Shown in pieces: positions 25,211-34,594 of a stretch of DNA of 64,000 nt. The stretch comes from Patescibacteria group bacterium (GTDB lineage Bacteria > Patescibacteriota > Microgenomatia > UBA1400 > CG1-02-47-37). The notes beneath the pieces are model-generated. The model worked only from the letters and a program-made list of their open reading frames with translations. It did no database searches and was not told where the DNA came from. The stretch's first letter is position 1. Each line of letters begins with the position of its first letter. The stretch covers positions 9,038 through 73,037 of the forward strand of contig JBBTRT010000002.1 of assembly GCA_038065055.1 (NCBI GenBank). The letters are read 5' to 3'. Both the position numbers and the translations under genes were made by a program.

Positions 25211-27563
25211 TTTGATAGACTTCCAGTTCTTGCGGGTGAATCGTACCGATTGGCCGCAGCTGAAAACGACTACAGAGGCGTTCAACTGCCGGCCGGAGAA
25301 AATTTTGGGTGGCTTCCGGTTCCATAATTACCACTGTTCCCGGGGTTAGGCGGTCAATGGCTGGATCGATATATTTTCCCAGCCAAGTTTGTTCCAAGGC
25401 TATTCCCGTCATTAAAGCCGGATTCAAAGGCAGTTCATTTTTTTTATTTAAGGCAATTAACAATAAAGTATCGTTATCTTCCGATAACAATGCCAGTGGA
25501 AAATTTTGAAGCCGATGAAAATTTAAAAACTCGGCTAAAGGAGGAGTCGGCAGACTAACTTGGCTAGAAAAGCTTGGTTTAGTATTACTAATTTGCCCAA
25601 TCAAAGTGTTGGCATATAAAACTAAAAATAGAATAAAAGGGAGCAGGTAAACCTTTTTAGGGCTCCAGGTTCGTAGGACTAAAATTAATTGAATCAGAAA
25701 AAACCCGGCAATATGAATAATATTATTTTCGTGTGAACGACTGACAAAATAACTAAAGATAGCTAAATTATGAATAGCAGTAAAAATGAGTATAGGCGCG
25801 GGGAATTTTACGGCTGTAATAATACCTAAAACCATGATGGCAATTATTAAGTAATAATTGCCATAAATAGGAATTAATAAGGCTCCGAAACCATTTTTAA
25901 AAGCTAAGGCATATTCAAAATAGTTACCAAGTTGCGGGAAAAAATGATGCGTGAAAAATTCACGCAGAATAATGCCAACAAAAATTACGACACTAATTAA
26001 ACCAAAAAAAAATATTTTGCGTTTGGGATATTTAAAAAATAAACAGGTCATTAACCAAGCGGGAATAATGTAAATGGCAGTTTCGGCTGACCAAAAAAGA
26101 GCAATCGCGCTGAAAATTGAGCCAAATATAAACGCGGCTGAGTTAGATAGATATACCAGCCCCCAAATGATTAGTAAACCGAAACCAAAACGCAACGGCC
26201 CGGTTGAAGGCAATAATACCCGGCTATAATCGGAAAAAAGAGGCTGTAAGGTTATAAAAATTATCGCGGTAATTAAACCTAAAAATTTATTTTTGTTCAA
26301 TTTAAGTAAAACCAAACTACCCAATAAATAATATCCCGCAAATAAAAAAAGATTTAACAAATGAAAATTTTTGAATGAAAAACCGATTCGTTCAAGAATA
26401 GTAGCTAAAAAATGAATCGATAGATAACCATACTGCGAAGGGGTGTCACCAAGAAGACTTTTTCCTTTTATAACATCAAAAGCCGGCCCTAGGTAAAAAG
26501 AATAATGATGATAAGCAATTGGTTTTTGGACTAAATAAAAAATCAAGGGGAATAATAAAATTATTGCCAGCCAAGCGGGTAATTTTAATTTAATTGGCAA
26601 ATGAAAGTTTAACCGCCAGTAAATAAAATAAATTATTAATGAAAACAAAATAATTAACCCTGGCGGATTGTGAATAGGGAAAAAAGAAATTACCGCTAGA
26701 ATGCCGGCTAAATTAAACCAGAAAATTCGAGGCACGATTAAAGCCAGCGATAAAAGCAGTAATTGATTGGCCCCCAGAAGATTAGATAAAGACAGCCATA
26801 AAATTAAAACTGCCGCGGTCAGACTATTAATTAGCTGTAATTTAAGCAAATTAACCCGCTGCAAAATAAAAGCTAAAGGAATAAGTATTACCCCGGCAAA
26901 GATGTAAATACCCCATTCCAATTTTTCCGATGAACCGAAAATAGCCTGGCTGGCTACCGATCCAATCACTAATAACCATAAGCAAGTCAACCAATTAAGC
27001 CAGGGTTTAAAAATTGTTTGTTTAATAGTCAGCAATAAACCTAATAAAAAAATTAAGAAATAATTAATTAAAGGAGTCGCGGTTAAGGCCCAGAATAAAG
27101 AGAGGATTTTCTCAAAAATAAAACCTGGAATTTGTTGGAAATTTTGCTTTAAAAAGCTTAAGGGAAAACTGTATTTCGTAAGAAAATATGGAGCGGTAAT
27201 TTCAACCGGCGATTCAATTTCAATTTGATAGGTTTTACCTTTTGAATTAGAAATTACCGGAAAGCCAAATGGGAAAAATGTTTTCGTATTTGAAGTATTA
27301 TAGTATTCACTTTGGTAATACCAATCGCCGGATCCTTTTTCTTTAATTCTGAATATCACCGGCTCATAAATACCTTCCGGCCAAGGATTAAACTTAATTT
27401 CAACTACTCCTAAACGATCATTAGTGGCTTTAAATTCACGTGACAATTGATGGCGGGAAATTATTGTAGATAAATTAGCGCTGTTTAAATAGTATGAATT
27501 TTTAACAGCGAAAAATAATAAAACTACAAAAAGAAACAGCCAGATTTTAACAACTAATTTCAT
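25194..27563 (-). CDS. very large polytopic membrane protein (789 aa), function unknown; GT-C/polymerase-like candidate
   Basis: Signal anchor, an external domain of about 130 aa, at least 15 hydrophobic segments, and a C-terminal soluble domain of about 130 aa. No diagnostic motif recognised. Confidence 0.35.
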   Translation of the reverse strand: MKLVVKIWLFLFVVLLFFAVKNSYYLNSANLSTIISRHQLSREFKATNDRLGVVEIKFNPWPEGIYEPVIFRIKEKGSGDWYYQSEYYNTSNTKTFFPFGFPVISNSKGKTYQIEIESPVEITAPYFLTKYSFPLSFLKQNFQQIPGFIFEKILSLFWALTATPLINYFLIFLLGLLLTIKQTIFKPWLNWLTCLWLLVIGSVASQAIFGSSEKLEWGIYIFAGVILIPLAFILQRVNLLKLQLINSLTAAVLILWLSLSNLLGANQLLLLSLALIVPRIFWFNLAGILAVISFFPIHNPPGLIILFSLIIYFIYWRLNFHLPIKLKLPAWLAIILLFPLIFYLVQKPIAYHHYSFYLGPAFDVIKGKSLLGDTPSQYGYLSIHFLATILERIGFSFKNFHLLNLFLFAGYYLLGSLVLLKLNKNKFLGLITAIIFITLQPLFSDYSRVLLPSTGPLRFGFGLLIIWGLVYLSNSAAFIFGSIFSAIALFWSAETAIYIIPAWLMTCLFFKYPKRKIFFFGLISVVIFVGIILREFFTHHFFPQLGNYFEYALAFKNGFGALLIPIYGNYYLIIAIMVLGIITAVKFPAPILIFTAIHNLAIFSYFVSRSHENNIIHIAGFFLIQLILVLRTWSPKKVYLLPFILFLVLYANTLIGQISNTKPSFSSQVSLPTPPLAEFLNFHRLQNFPLALLSEDNDTLLLIALNKKNELPLNPALMTGIALEQTWLGKYIDPAIDRLTPGTVVIMEPEATQNFLRPAVERLCSRFQLRPIGTIHPQELEVYQIIQAI

Positions 27564-28381
27564 TTTGGTTTTTGGGCAACTAACATTAAATTACCAAGCC
27601 AAAGTTTAATTTTTAAACTAACTAAGGGGCAATAATTAAAAGAAGGACCGGATTTTAACACTTGAAACTTATTGGCTCGGAAAATTAAAGACATGGTTTT
27701 CAGGCTATATAAATAGGTGTGTTCAATGTCGATAATCGGAGAAAAAGATCTTAAAATCTTGGCTTGAAGGGCCCCGATATTATGATTGATGGCTAAAATT
27801 AAGCCGCCGGGCTTTAGATAATCATAGCAGGCGTTTAAGAATTGATTCGGATCGCTAATATGGTCAAAAGTTTGGAAAAAGCAAATTACGTCAAAGGATT
27901 TTTTAGGGAATAATTTTGGTTTAAAAACTGAATGTCTGATAAAACTTTGCAGTTTTTTTGGCGCTTGATTGATAGCATCCTGGCTAGGCTCTACTCCCCA
28001 AACCGACTGATAGCCCTGGCGCTTGGCTTCAGTTAAAAAGAAACCGTTACCGCAGCCGATTTCCAATAATTTTTCTTTTTTAACCCTATATTTTTCCAGT
28101 TGTTTCAAATAGTAACCGTAAGTTAAAGTTAAGTCTTTAACCCGATTTTGATAAGTAAAAAAACTTTGGTTATATAAATGGCTGATTTTTGTTGGCTCCA
28201 TAATCGGATCAGAATAAACCAAGCCGCAGCCTAAACATTGAACAATCCGGTAATGTAGCCGGTCCGGGCGGCGACGGGCTGAGAAAACTTTTGAATTGAT
28301 TTGCGCTAATTTAAAGTTTTGCGGGTACAATTCTTTTTTCTTGGCTTTGGGACCGCAGAGCGGACAAAATTGAGCAATCAT
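27560..28381 (-). CDS. class I SAM-dependent methyltransferase with N-terminal zinc ribbon
   Basis: CPLCG...CLGCG Cys pairs, then motif I LLEIGCGNGFF. Confidence 0.75.
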   Translation of the reverse strand: MIAQFCPLCGPKAKKKELYPQNFKLAQINSKVFSARRRPDRLHYRIVQCLGCGLVYSDPIMEPTKISHLYNQSFFTYQNRVKDLTLTYGYYLKQLEKYRVKKEKLLEIGCGNGFFLTEAKRQGYQSVWGVEPSQDAINQAPKKLQSFIRHSVFKPKLFPKKSFDVICFFQTFDHISDPNQFLNACYDYLKPGGLILAINHNIGALQAKILRSFSPIIDIEHTYLYSLKTMSLIFRANKFQVLKSGPSFNYCPLVSLKIKLWLGNLMLVAQKPK

Positions 28382-28383
28382 GA

Positions 28384-29280
28384 TTATTTTGTCTCCCGGT
28401 TAATAGTTTGGATAATTTGGTCCGGCATCAGGCCGTAGCGGCGGCGTAAAAAATCCTGGCTGCCGACGGTTTTAAAATATTCATCGGTTATTCCCAAACG
28501 TTTAAACTTACCCCGGAAGGGTAATTCGCTTAAAACTTCGGCAATCCCACTGCCTAAGCCGCCGATGATTGAGTGTTCTTCAATAGAAAAAATATTTTGA
28601 TGAGATAACGCAATTTTTTTTATTAATCGAATGTCTAGTGGTTTTATGGTCGGCAAAATCACAATCGTGGCCTTGAGTTTAGCAGCGATCACGTTGGCGG
28701 CAATTCTGCCTGAAGTAAAAATAGCAATTTTTTTTCCTGTTTTATAAACAATTCCTTGGCCGATGGATATTTTGGGCGGTTGATGGTGAATAACCGGCTC
28801 CCCCACCTTACCCAAGCGCAAATAAACCGGACCAGCGTGCTTGATGGCTAAAATAGTCAGCAATTCGGTTTCAACCGGATCGGCCGGATTTAAGATCGTT
28901 AAGTTAGGCAAGGGCCGCAAGACGCTTAAATCTTCATAATTAGTGTGGCTAAAACCGGCTGAACCATAACCCAGGCCGCCGCCGACGCCGATAATTTTGA
29001 CGTTGGCATTTTGAAAACAAACATCGTTGCGGATAAATTCATATGGCCGCAAACTGGCAAAAGTAGCGATGGAGTAAGTTATTGGAATCAGGCCGGATTG
29101 GGCCATGCCGGCCGCCATGCCGATCATATTGGCTTCAGCCACACCAACATTATAAAAACGGTCAGGAAATTGGCGGCGGAAGCTTTCAAAAACCGTAAAG
29201 CCTAAATCGGCCGTCAATAAAACAATCCGCTGATCTTTTTTTGCCAACCGGGTAATAGTATTAATAAAAGCCTGTCTCAT
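28384..29280 (-). CDS. transketolase, C-terminal (pyrimidine-binding) subunit
   Basis: FYNVGVAEANMIGMAAGMA block. 298 aa, directly downstream of the N-terminal subunit with a 4-nt overlap. Confidence 0.85.
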   Translation of the reverse strand: MRQAFINTITRLAKKDQRIVLLTADLGFTVFESFRRQFPDRFYNVGVAEANMIGMAAGMAQSGLIPITYSIATFASLRPYEFIRNDVCFQNANVKIIGVGGGLGYGSAGFSHTNYEDLSVLRPLPNLTILNPADPVETELLTILAIKHAGPVYLRLGKVGEPVIHHQPPKISIGQGIVYKTGKKIAIFTSGRIAANVIAAKLKATIVILPTIKPLDIRLIKKIALSHQNIFSIEEHSIIGGLGSGIAEVLSELPFRGKFKRLGITDEYFKTVGSQDFLRRRYGLMPDQIIQTINRETK

Positions 29281-30095
29281 AAAACAAATTTTAGCTCTTT
29301 AATTGCCTGATTAAATTGGGCCTGCGTCGGATTAAGATAATGCCACTCCAGCTTATCTTCCATAAAAGAAACGCCTTTCCCCAGTACTGTCCGGCAAATG
29401 ATCACCGTGGGTTTAGTTTTAGACAACGGAGAATTTAACGCTTTAATTATTTGAATTAGATTATGGCCATTAATCATTTTTACCCGCCAGCCAAAAGTCT
29501 GCCATTTTTGCTTGAACGGTTCCAGGTTTACTACCTGATTGGTCCGGCCAAAAGCCTGCAGCCGGTTGTAATCAATGATAGCTATCAGATTATTTAACTG
29601 GCGGTGACTGGCAACCAGAGCCGCCTCCCAAACCGAGCCTTCATCGCATTCACCATCGCTTAAAATCGCAAAAACTTTGTACTGGCGATGCTGGATTTTT
29701 CCGGCTAAGGCCATCCCGGAAGCTAAACTTAAACCATGGCCCAATGAACCGGAGCTGGCATCGATACCGCTGAGATGAATTTCCGGATGGCCGGCCAATA
29801 AAGTATTGTCCTGATGATAAGTATTAAGCATGGCCTTGGAGAAAAAACCTTTATGAAAAAGAGCGGAATATAAAGCGGCACAAGCATGGCCTTTACTTAA
29901 AATAATCCGGTCTCTTTGAGAATGACGGGGCTGACGAGGGTAAATTTTGGCGGCATTAAAATAAAGACAAGTTAAAATATCAACAACTGACAGGGCCGAA
30001 CCAATGTGGCCAATATTTCCGTGATAAGAAATAGTTAAAACATCCCGGCGGATTTGATTGGCAATTTTGGTCAATTTAGTTAGATTTAACCCCAT
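29277..30095 (-). CDS. transketolase, N-terminal (thiamine-diphosphate-binding) subunit
   Basis: GHIGSALSVVDIL and ILSDGECDEGSVWEAA (GDG...E ThDP/metal motif), then IIDYNRLQ. Confidence 0.85.
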   Translation of the reverse strand: MGLNLTKLTKIANQIRRDVLTISYHGNIGHIGSALSVVDILTCLYFNAAKIYPRQPRHSQRDRIILSKGHACAALYSALFHKGFFSKAMLNTYHQDNTLLAGHPEIHLSGIDASSGSLGHGLSLASGMALAGKIQHRQYKVFAILSDGECDEGSVWEAALVASHRQLNNLIAIIDYNRLQAFGRTNQVVNLEPFKQKWQTFGWRVKMINGHNLIQIIKALNSPLSKTKPTVIICRTVLGKGVSFMEDKLEWHYLNPTQAQFNQAIKELKFVL

Positions 30096-30102
30096 GTGTC
30101 TG

Positions 30103-30108
30103 ATTATA
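30103..30108 (-). promoter_or_regulatory. -10 box for the transketolase operon
   Basis: TATAAT on the - strand, 7 nt upstream of ATG 30095. Confidence 0.35.
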
Positions 30109-30137
30109 GTATAAAATACTAACTAATTATAGAAAAT

Positions 30138-30824
30138 ATGAGCTACGACTTGGCTTTAGTTTTACCGGTTCAGAATCAAGCAGAAATTATTAATTCAGTA
30201 GTCAATAAAATTGTTAAAATCTTAACTAAGGCAAAAATTAACTATCAACTGATCATGGCGGAAAACGGGTCGACTGATAATACTTTGTCTGTCCTTAAAA
30301 AAATGGCTAAAAAAAATCACCGAATTAAACTGATTACTTCTTTACCAGGGTATGGCCGGGCAGTAATTACCGGACTAAAAGCAGCTGACGGAAAATACCT
30401 GGGTTACATGCCGTCAGACGGCCAGTGCGATGCGACCGTGCTGACGAAAGTATTTGAGGCGGCGCGGAAAAAATCAGTTGATTTGGTGAAAGTGTACCGA
30501 ACTTCAAGAGAAAGCCGCTTAAGAAAATATATCTCCAAGGTCTTTAACTGCTTGGCAAATTTATTTTTTAATTTAAAAGTTAAAGATATTAATGCCAGCC
30601 CGACGGTGTTTGCGGCGGAAAAATTACAGCAATTAAAATTAAAATCACCAGACTCGTTTCTGGATACGGAATTATTGATTAAAGCGCGAAGATTTAACTG
30701 GAAAATTGTCCGGATACCGATGAGAAACTTCAATCGCAGCGGCGGAAAATCCACCGTCAAACCAGCGATTGTATTTGAGTTTGTAAGAAATATAATCCAG
30801 TGGAGGTGGCATGAACAGTTATAA
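30138..30824 (+). CDS. GT2 glycosyltransferase (DPM1-like, soluble form)
   Basis: LALVLPVQNQAEII, MAENGSTDNT, MPSDGQCD. Confidence 0.75.
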   Translation: MSYDLALVLPVQNQAEIINSVVNKIVKILTKAKINYQLIMAENGSTDNTLSVLKKMAKKNHRIKLITSLPGYGRAVITGLKAADGKYLGYMPSDGQCDATVLTKVFEAARKKSVDLVKVYRTSRESRLRKYISKVFNCLANLFFNLKVKDINASPTVFAAEKLQQLKLKSPDSFLDTELLIKARRFNWKIVRIPMRNFNRSGGKSTVKPAIVFEFVRNIIQWRWHEQL

Positions 30825-31755
30825 AAATAGGACGGTGTTGGTAACCGGAGGAAGCGGTTTTATCGGCGCTAATTTAGTCCGCAGTTTAATTAATCAAAGC
30901 GCTAAGGTCCATTTATTTTTAAGGCCAAAAGCAAAAATCTGGCGGCTGACTGAAATAATAAAAAAAACCAAAATTTATAATGTCGATATTACGGATAAGC
31001 AATCGATTGAAAAAGCAATTATAAAAATTAAGCCCCAAGTGATTTTCCACTTAGCAGTTTATGGGGCCTATCCGCAGCAAACTAACCTAGGGGCAACGAT
31101 TAAAACTAATATAATCGGAACGGTTAATTTACTGGAGGCAATTAAAAACAGCCAAACTGTGCTTGTGAATACCGGAACATCTTCAGAATACGGCTGCAAA
31201 AACAAACCCATGAAAGAAACTGACAGTTTGGAACCGGCTTTTTTTTACGCGGCCAGCAAAGCGGCTACTTCTTATTTATGCCGGATTTTTAGTCAACAAT
31301 TTAATCAGCCAATCATAACCCTAAGGCCATTTTCCATTTACGGCGACTGGGAAGAGCCGGAAAGATTTGTTCCCACCATTATTAATAGCTGTTTGAAAAA
31401 ACAACCAATCAAGCTGGTGGCGGGGAAACAAGTCAGGGATTGGTTATATGTTGAAGATATAACGAGAGCTTATTTAATGGCCGGGGAAAGGTCAGACCTA
31501 AGAGGAGAAATTTTTAATATCGGTTCGGGAAAACAAGTTTTAGTCAGCAAGGTAGCCAGAAAAATTATTAAACTAATTAATAATCCGGTACCGGTTAAGA
31601 TCGGGGCTTATAAGCCGAGGCAATGGGAAGCAAATAATTGGCAAGCAGATATTTCAAAAGCAAAAAAAATTCTCAGTTGGGAACCAAAGTATAATTTAGA
31701 ACAGGGTTTGAAAAAAACTATTGCCTGGTGGGGTAACGCTGGTAAAGCACGGTAA
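30811..31755 (+). CDS. NAD-dependent epimerase/dehydratase (extended SDR)
   Basis: VLVTGGSGFIGANLV, STSSEYG, YAASKAA (YxxxK). Confidence 0.85.
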   Translation: MNSYKNRTVLVTGGSGFIGANLVRSLINQSAKVHLFLRPKAKIWRLTEIIKKTKIYNVDITDKQSIEKAIIKIKPQVIFHLAVYGAYPQQTNLGATIKTNIIGTVNLLEAIKNSQTVLVNTGTSSEYGCKNKPMKETDSLEPAFFYAASKAATSYLCRIFSQQFNQPIITLRPFSIYGDWEEPERFVPTIINSCLKKQPIKLVAGKQVRDWLYVEDITRAYLMAGERSDLRGEIFNIGSGKQVLVSKVARKIIKLINNPVPVKIGAYKPRQWEANNWQADISKAKKILSWEPKYNLEQGLKKTIAWWGNAGKAR

Positions 31756-31846
31756 CGGCTTCGTCACCGATAAATTCCTGGCCTGACAGACGGTAAAAGT
31801 GGAAAAACGCGAAAATTAAAAAAATTAAAAGTATGACTTTTTTCAT
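31718..31846 (-). pseudogene. 42-codon relic of a GT-C (family 39-like) N-terminus
   Basis: My own reverse-strand translation gives MKKVILLIFLIFAFFHFYRLSGQEFIGDEAVTVLYQRYPTRQ-stop. That is a signal-anchor helix plus an FYRL...GDEA first-loop motif, as in 13124..14476 (RVYRLGTADFKEDEF). It has a TAATG overlap with the upstream acyltransferase stop and runs 38 nt into the 3' end of the convergent gene. Confidence 0.5.
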
Positions 31847-32835
31847 TATAGGGCCTTCTTTTCGGTAAAGGCAGCCATGACGATTGCCAGCAAATTACAT
31901 ATTACCCAGGTGAAGATAAAGAGGGGCAAAGATGATTGCCTCCCGGTGAAAGATAAAATAAACACGCTGATGGTCAGGTGAGTTAAATAAAGCGTCAAGG
32001 AATAATTAGCAAAAAAGCGGATAACTGTTGTAAGTTTGCCGGCAATTTTAATTTTAATTGCCTGAAGATAATGGAGTAAAAAGCCAATTGATCCGGACAG
32101 CAACAACTCAAAAATTATTTCATATTCGCGCAGGGTAGAGTTAACTCTAATTACGGCCAGAAGCATTAAAATAAAAGCTAAAATTAAGAACAAGTTGTGA
32201 CTTAGCCGGCTAAACCAATTCCGGGACAAACCATAATAAATTAACGCCCCCATCAGCCAAACCAAGACCAATCCCTGGCCCCGGCCAAAAAATAAACTAT
32301 AAACTGGAATTGCCAGAAATAAAACAGTTAACCAGCGGTTTTTGGCCAAAACCAAGGCGCCAAAACTTAAGTAGGTCCACCACCAAAGCGGCAAAGACCA
32401 AAATGAGCGGCCGGAGCCAAAAGGAACTGAAGGGAAATATTGGAGCATAAAAAGATTGGTAAAAAAAGTTTTGACGTTAAAAGCTTTAAAATAATAATAA
32501 GTTTCCGGATGCAACTTAAGCGCGATGCTGTCCAAAATTACAACTAAAAAAAGCGCCGGCAAAAAAACAGCGTAAATCCGGGTAAAACGGCTGCGCAAAT
32601 AATCAATAAAGCGGTAATTACCCTGCTTGAGCTTTACTTCCACGCTCATGGGAATCAGAAAACCGGAGACCAGGAAAAAAATCACCACCGCAATGTTTTC
32701 CATAGCCGGATTAGTTGGCTGACCAAGCCAAAGAAATTGTTTATGCGACTGGATTAAGTGGCCGATTAAAACCGCTTGCGCGGCTAAAATCCGAACTATA
32801 TCTAGACTAAGAGAGGTAAGTGGTGTTAAAATCAT
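31846..32835 (-). CDS. acyltransferase family 3 membrane O-acyltransferase
   Basis: LDIVRILAAQAVLIGH plus about 10 TM segments. The ORF extends to a TTG at 32853, but ATG at 32835 lies 6 nt downstream of a TATAAT box. Confidence 0.65.
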   Translation of the reverse strand: MILTPLTSLSLDIVRILAAQAVLIGHLIQSHKQFLWLGQPTNPAMENIAVVIFFLVSGFLIPMSVEVKLKQGNYRFIDYLRSRFTRIYAVFLPALFLVVILDSIALKLHPETYYYFKAFNVKTFFTNLFMLQYFPSVPFGSGRSFWSLPLWWWTYLSFGALVLAKNRWLTVLFLAIPVYSLFFGRGQGLVLVWLMGALIYYGLSRNWFSRLSHNLFLILAFILMLLAVIRVNSTLREYEIIFELLLSGSIGFLLHYLQAIKIKIAGKLTTVIRFFANYSLTLYLTHLTISVFILSFTGRQSSLPLFIFTWVICNLLAIVMAAFTEKKAL

Positions 32836-32841
32836 GACTAT

Positions 32842-32847
32842 ATTATA
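32842..32847 (-). promoter_or_regulatory. -10 box for the acyltransferase-3 gene
   Basis: TATAAT on the - strand, 6 nt upstream of ATG 32835. It overlaps the first base of the divergent neuB-like start codon. Confidence 0.35.
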
Positions 32848-33881
32848 TGACAAAACTGGGTGGAAAAACTTGTTTTATTATTGCCGAGGCCGGAGTCAAC
32901 CATAATGGCGACGTGAAATTAGCGGAAAGATTAATTATCGCCGCGGCCAAGGCCGGGGCCGACGCCGTTAAATTCCAAACTTTTAAAGCAGAACAGGTAA
33001 CGACAAAGCACTCCCCGACCGCGGCTTACCAAAAGAAAAACGTGGGTGAAAACAATCAATGGAAATTGCTCCGGCCTTTGGAATTAAACGAATCGGCTTA
33101 CCCAAGATTAATTCAAATCGCTAAAGCCAATAAAATTATGTTTTTGTCGACGCCGCACGGACATATTGACTCAGCTAAATTCTTAAAACCTTTAGTCCCG
33201 GCCTGGAAAACCGGATCAGGCGATTTAACCAATCTGCCGTTTTTAAAATGGCTGGGAGAAACCGGCAAGCCGATTATTTTGGCAACCGGCATGGCAACAA
33301 TCGTGGAAATTAAAGAGGCCATAGATACGATTGCTAAAACCGGCAACAAAAAAATAATTATCCTGCACTGCACCACGAACTACCCTTGCCCGGATAATGA
33401 AGCTAATGTAGGGGCGATGCTGGATATTCAAAAAAACTTTCCTGATTATGCGGTGGGGTTTTCCGACCATACTTTAGGAATTGACGCGGATATGTTAGCG
33501 GCCGGACTGGGAGCAGTGATAATTGAAAAACATTTTACTTTGGACCGAAAAATGCCGGGGCCGGACCAGCAAAATTCATTGGAGCCTCAAGAGTTAAAAG
33601 AAATGGTAGAGAAAGTCAGAAGAATCGAAGTATTGAAAGGCAGTGGCATTAAAAAACCGTTTAAATCGGAAATAGTGATTGCCGAAATGGCCCGGAAAGC
33701 GGTGATCGCTTTAACCAATATCAAAAAGGGCAAAAAATTCAGTCATGAGAATTTAACGATCAAACGGCCCGCCAAAGGCGGCTTGCACCCGAAAATGTAT
33801 TGGGAATTAATCGGAAAAATTGCCGCCAAAAATATCCAGGCTGATAGCCAAATCCACGCAGATGATTGGCAAAACATTTGA
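32847..33881 (+). CDS. neuB: nonulosonic acid synthase (NeuB/LegI/PseI family)
   Basis: CFIIAEAGVNHNGDVKLAERLIIAAAKAGADAVKFQTF, HCTTNYPCP and GFSDHTLG, with a C-terminal SAF-like domain. Confidence 0.9.
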   Translation: MTKLGGKTCFIIAEAGVNHNGDVKLAERLIIAAAKAGADAVKFQTFKAEQVTTKHSPTAAYQKKNVGENNQWKLLRPLELNESAYPRLIQIAKANKIMFLSTPHGHIDSAKFLKPLVPAWKTGSGDLTNLPFLKWLGETGKPIILATGMATIVEIKEAIDTIAKTGNKKIIILHCTTNYPCPDNEANVGAMLDIQKNFPDYAVGFSDHTLGIDADMLAAGLGAVIIEKHFTLDRKMPGPDQQNSLEPQELKEMVEKVRRIEVLKGSGIKKPFKSEIVIAEMARKAVIALTNIKKGKKFSHENLTIKRPAKGGLHPKMYWELIGKIAAKNIQADSQIHADDWQNI

Positions 33882-34590
33882 CCTCACGGCGGCTTATTCA
33901 CAAAAGCTAACCGAAGTAAAAAAACTGTTGCATTATTACTTTGACCGAGCCGAAATTAAAAATAAGATCGTATTAGATGCCGGTTGCCGAGTGGGAGATT
34001 ATACCCAGGCTTTTATCAATATGGGGGCACGCAAAGTCATCGGCATTGATTTAAGCAGAAAGTGCCTTAAAACAGCCAAAAAAAGATATAAAAATAATAC
34101 AAAGGCTGCTTTTTACCGTGAGAATTTAACTAACTTGAAAAGATTCCGGGACAATTATTTTGACGCGATTTTTTGCGCCGGAACCATAAGCTATTTAAAT
34201 CCCCAAGATAGCAAAGCCGCGGTTAAAGAATTTGTCCGAATCAGTAAACCAAAAGGGGTCATAATTGTTTTGTTTCAAAAAGATAAAGGCCCGGTAATTC
34301 AAGTTGCCAGATGGATAGCTAATCACCTCCCGTTATCAATTTATCTTTTTTTAGTCGAAAACCTGGCTTTTTTATTAAAGCCAATTGTGGAAAAAATAAT
34401 CGACCGGAGTGTCAGCCTGAACTATCTTAAATATGATATTCTGCTGAGTTTGCGCGGGGTATATTTCGGGGTGCCGGTTAAAATAAATAAAAAATTCCGC
34501 ATCCAAACAATTAAATGCGAGCAGTGTTCGGAAGAAACCACCGCATCCTTTAAAATAATCCTGCCCGCAGACAAAAAGATGCTAAAATAA
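33820..34590 (+). CDS. class I SAM-dependent methyltransferase embedded in the nonulosonic acid operon
   Basis: Motif I VLDAGCRVGDYT, then FDAIFCAGTISYL. The start may be ATG at 33862 (MIGKTFD...). Confidence 0.7.
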   Translation: MPPKISRLIAKSTQMIGKTFDLTAAYSQKLTEVKKLLHYYFDRAEIKNKIVLDAGCRVGDYTQAFINMGARKVIGIDLSRKCLKTAKKRYKNNTKAAFYRENLTNLKRFRDNYFDAIFCAGTISYLNPQDSKAAVKEFVRISKPKGVIIVLFQKDKGPVIQVARWIANHLPLSIYLFLVENLAFLLKPIVEKIIDRSVSLNYLKYDILLSLRGVYFGVPVKINKKFRIQTIKCEQCSEETTASFKIILPADKKMLK

Positions 34591-34594
34591 CCTT

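Noticed and set aside
28384-30095. Split transketolase read as plain pentose-phosphate housekeeping
   Set aside because: Not fully rejected. It cannot be excluded from this window alone, but translational coupling to a methyltransferase and a membrane protein inside a glycan locus makes a sugar-tailoring role worth testing.
30404-30760. 118-aa ORF on the minus strand
   Set aside because: It lies entirely antisense within the GT2 gene 30138..30824, which has clear catalytic motifs. Its translation is low-complexity with no recognisable motif, so it is a shadow ORF of an AT-rich sequence. The same reasoning applies to the other track ORFs of 60 to about 100 aa nested in larger genes, for example 535..756, 1794..2024, 4123..4434, 33113..33376, 37396..37659 and 45291..45587.
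31756-31845. Possible intrinsic terminator between convergent genes
   Set aside because: I found no convincing GC-rich stem followed by a T-tract on either strand. The spacer is instead explained by the 42-codon GT-C relic ORF.
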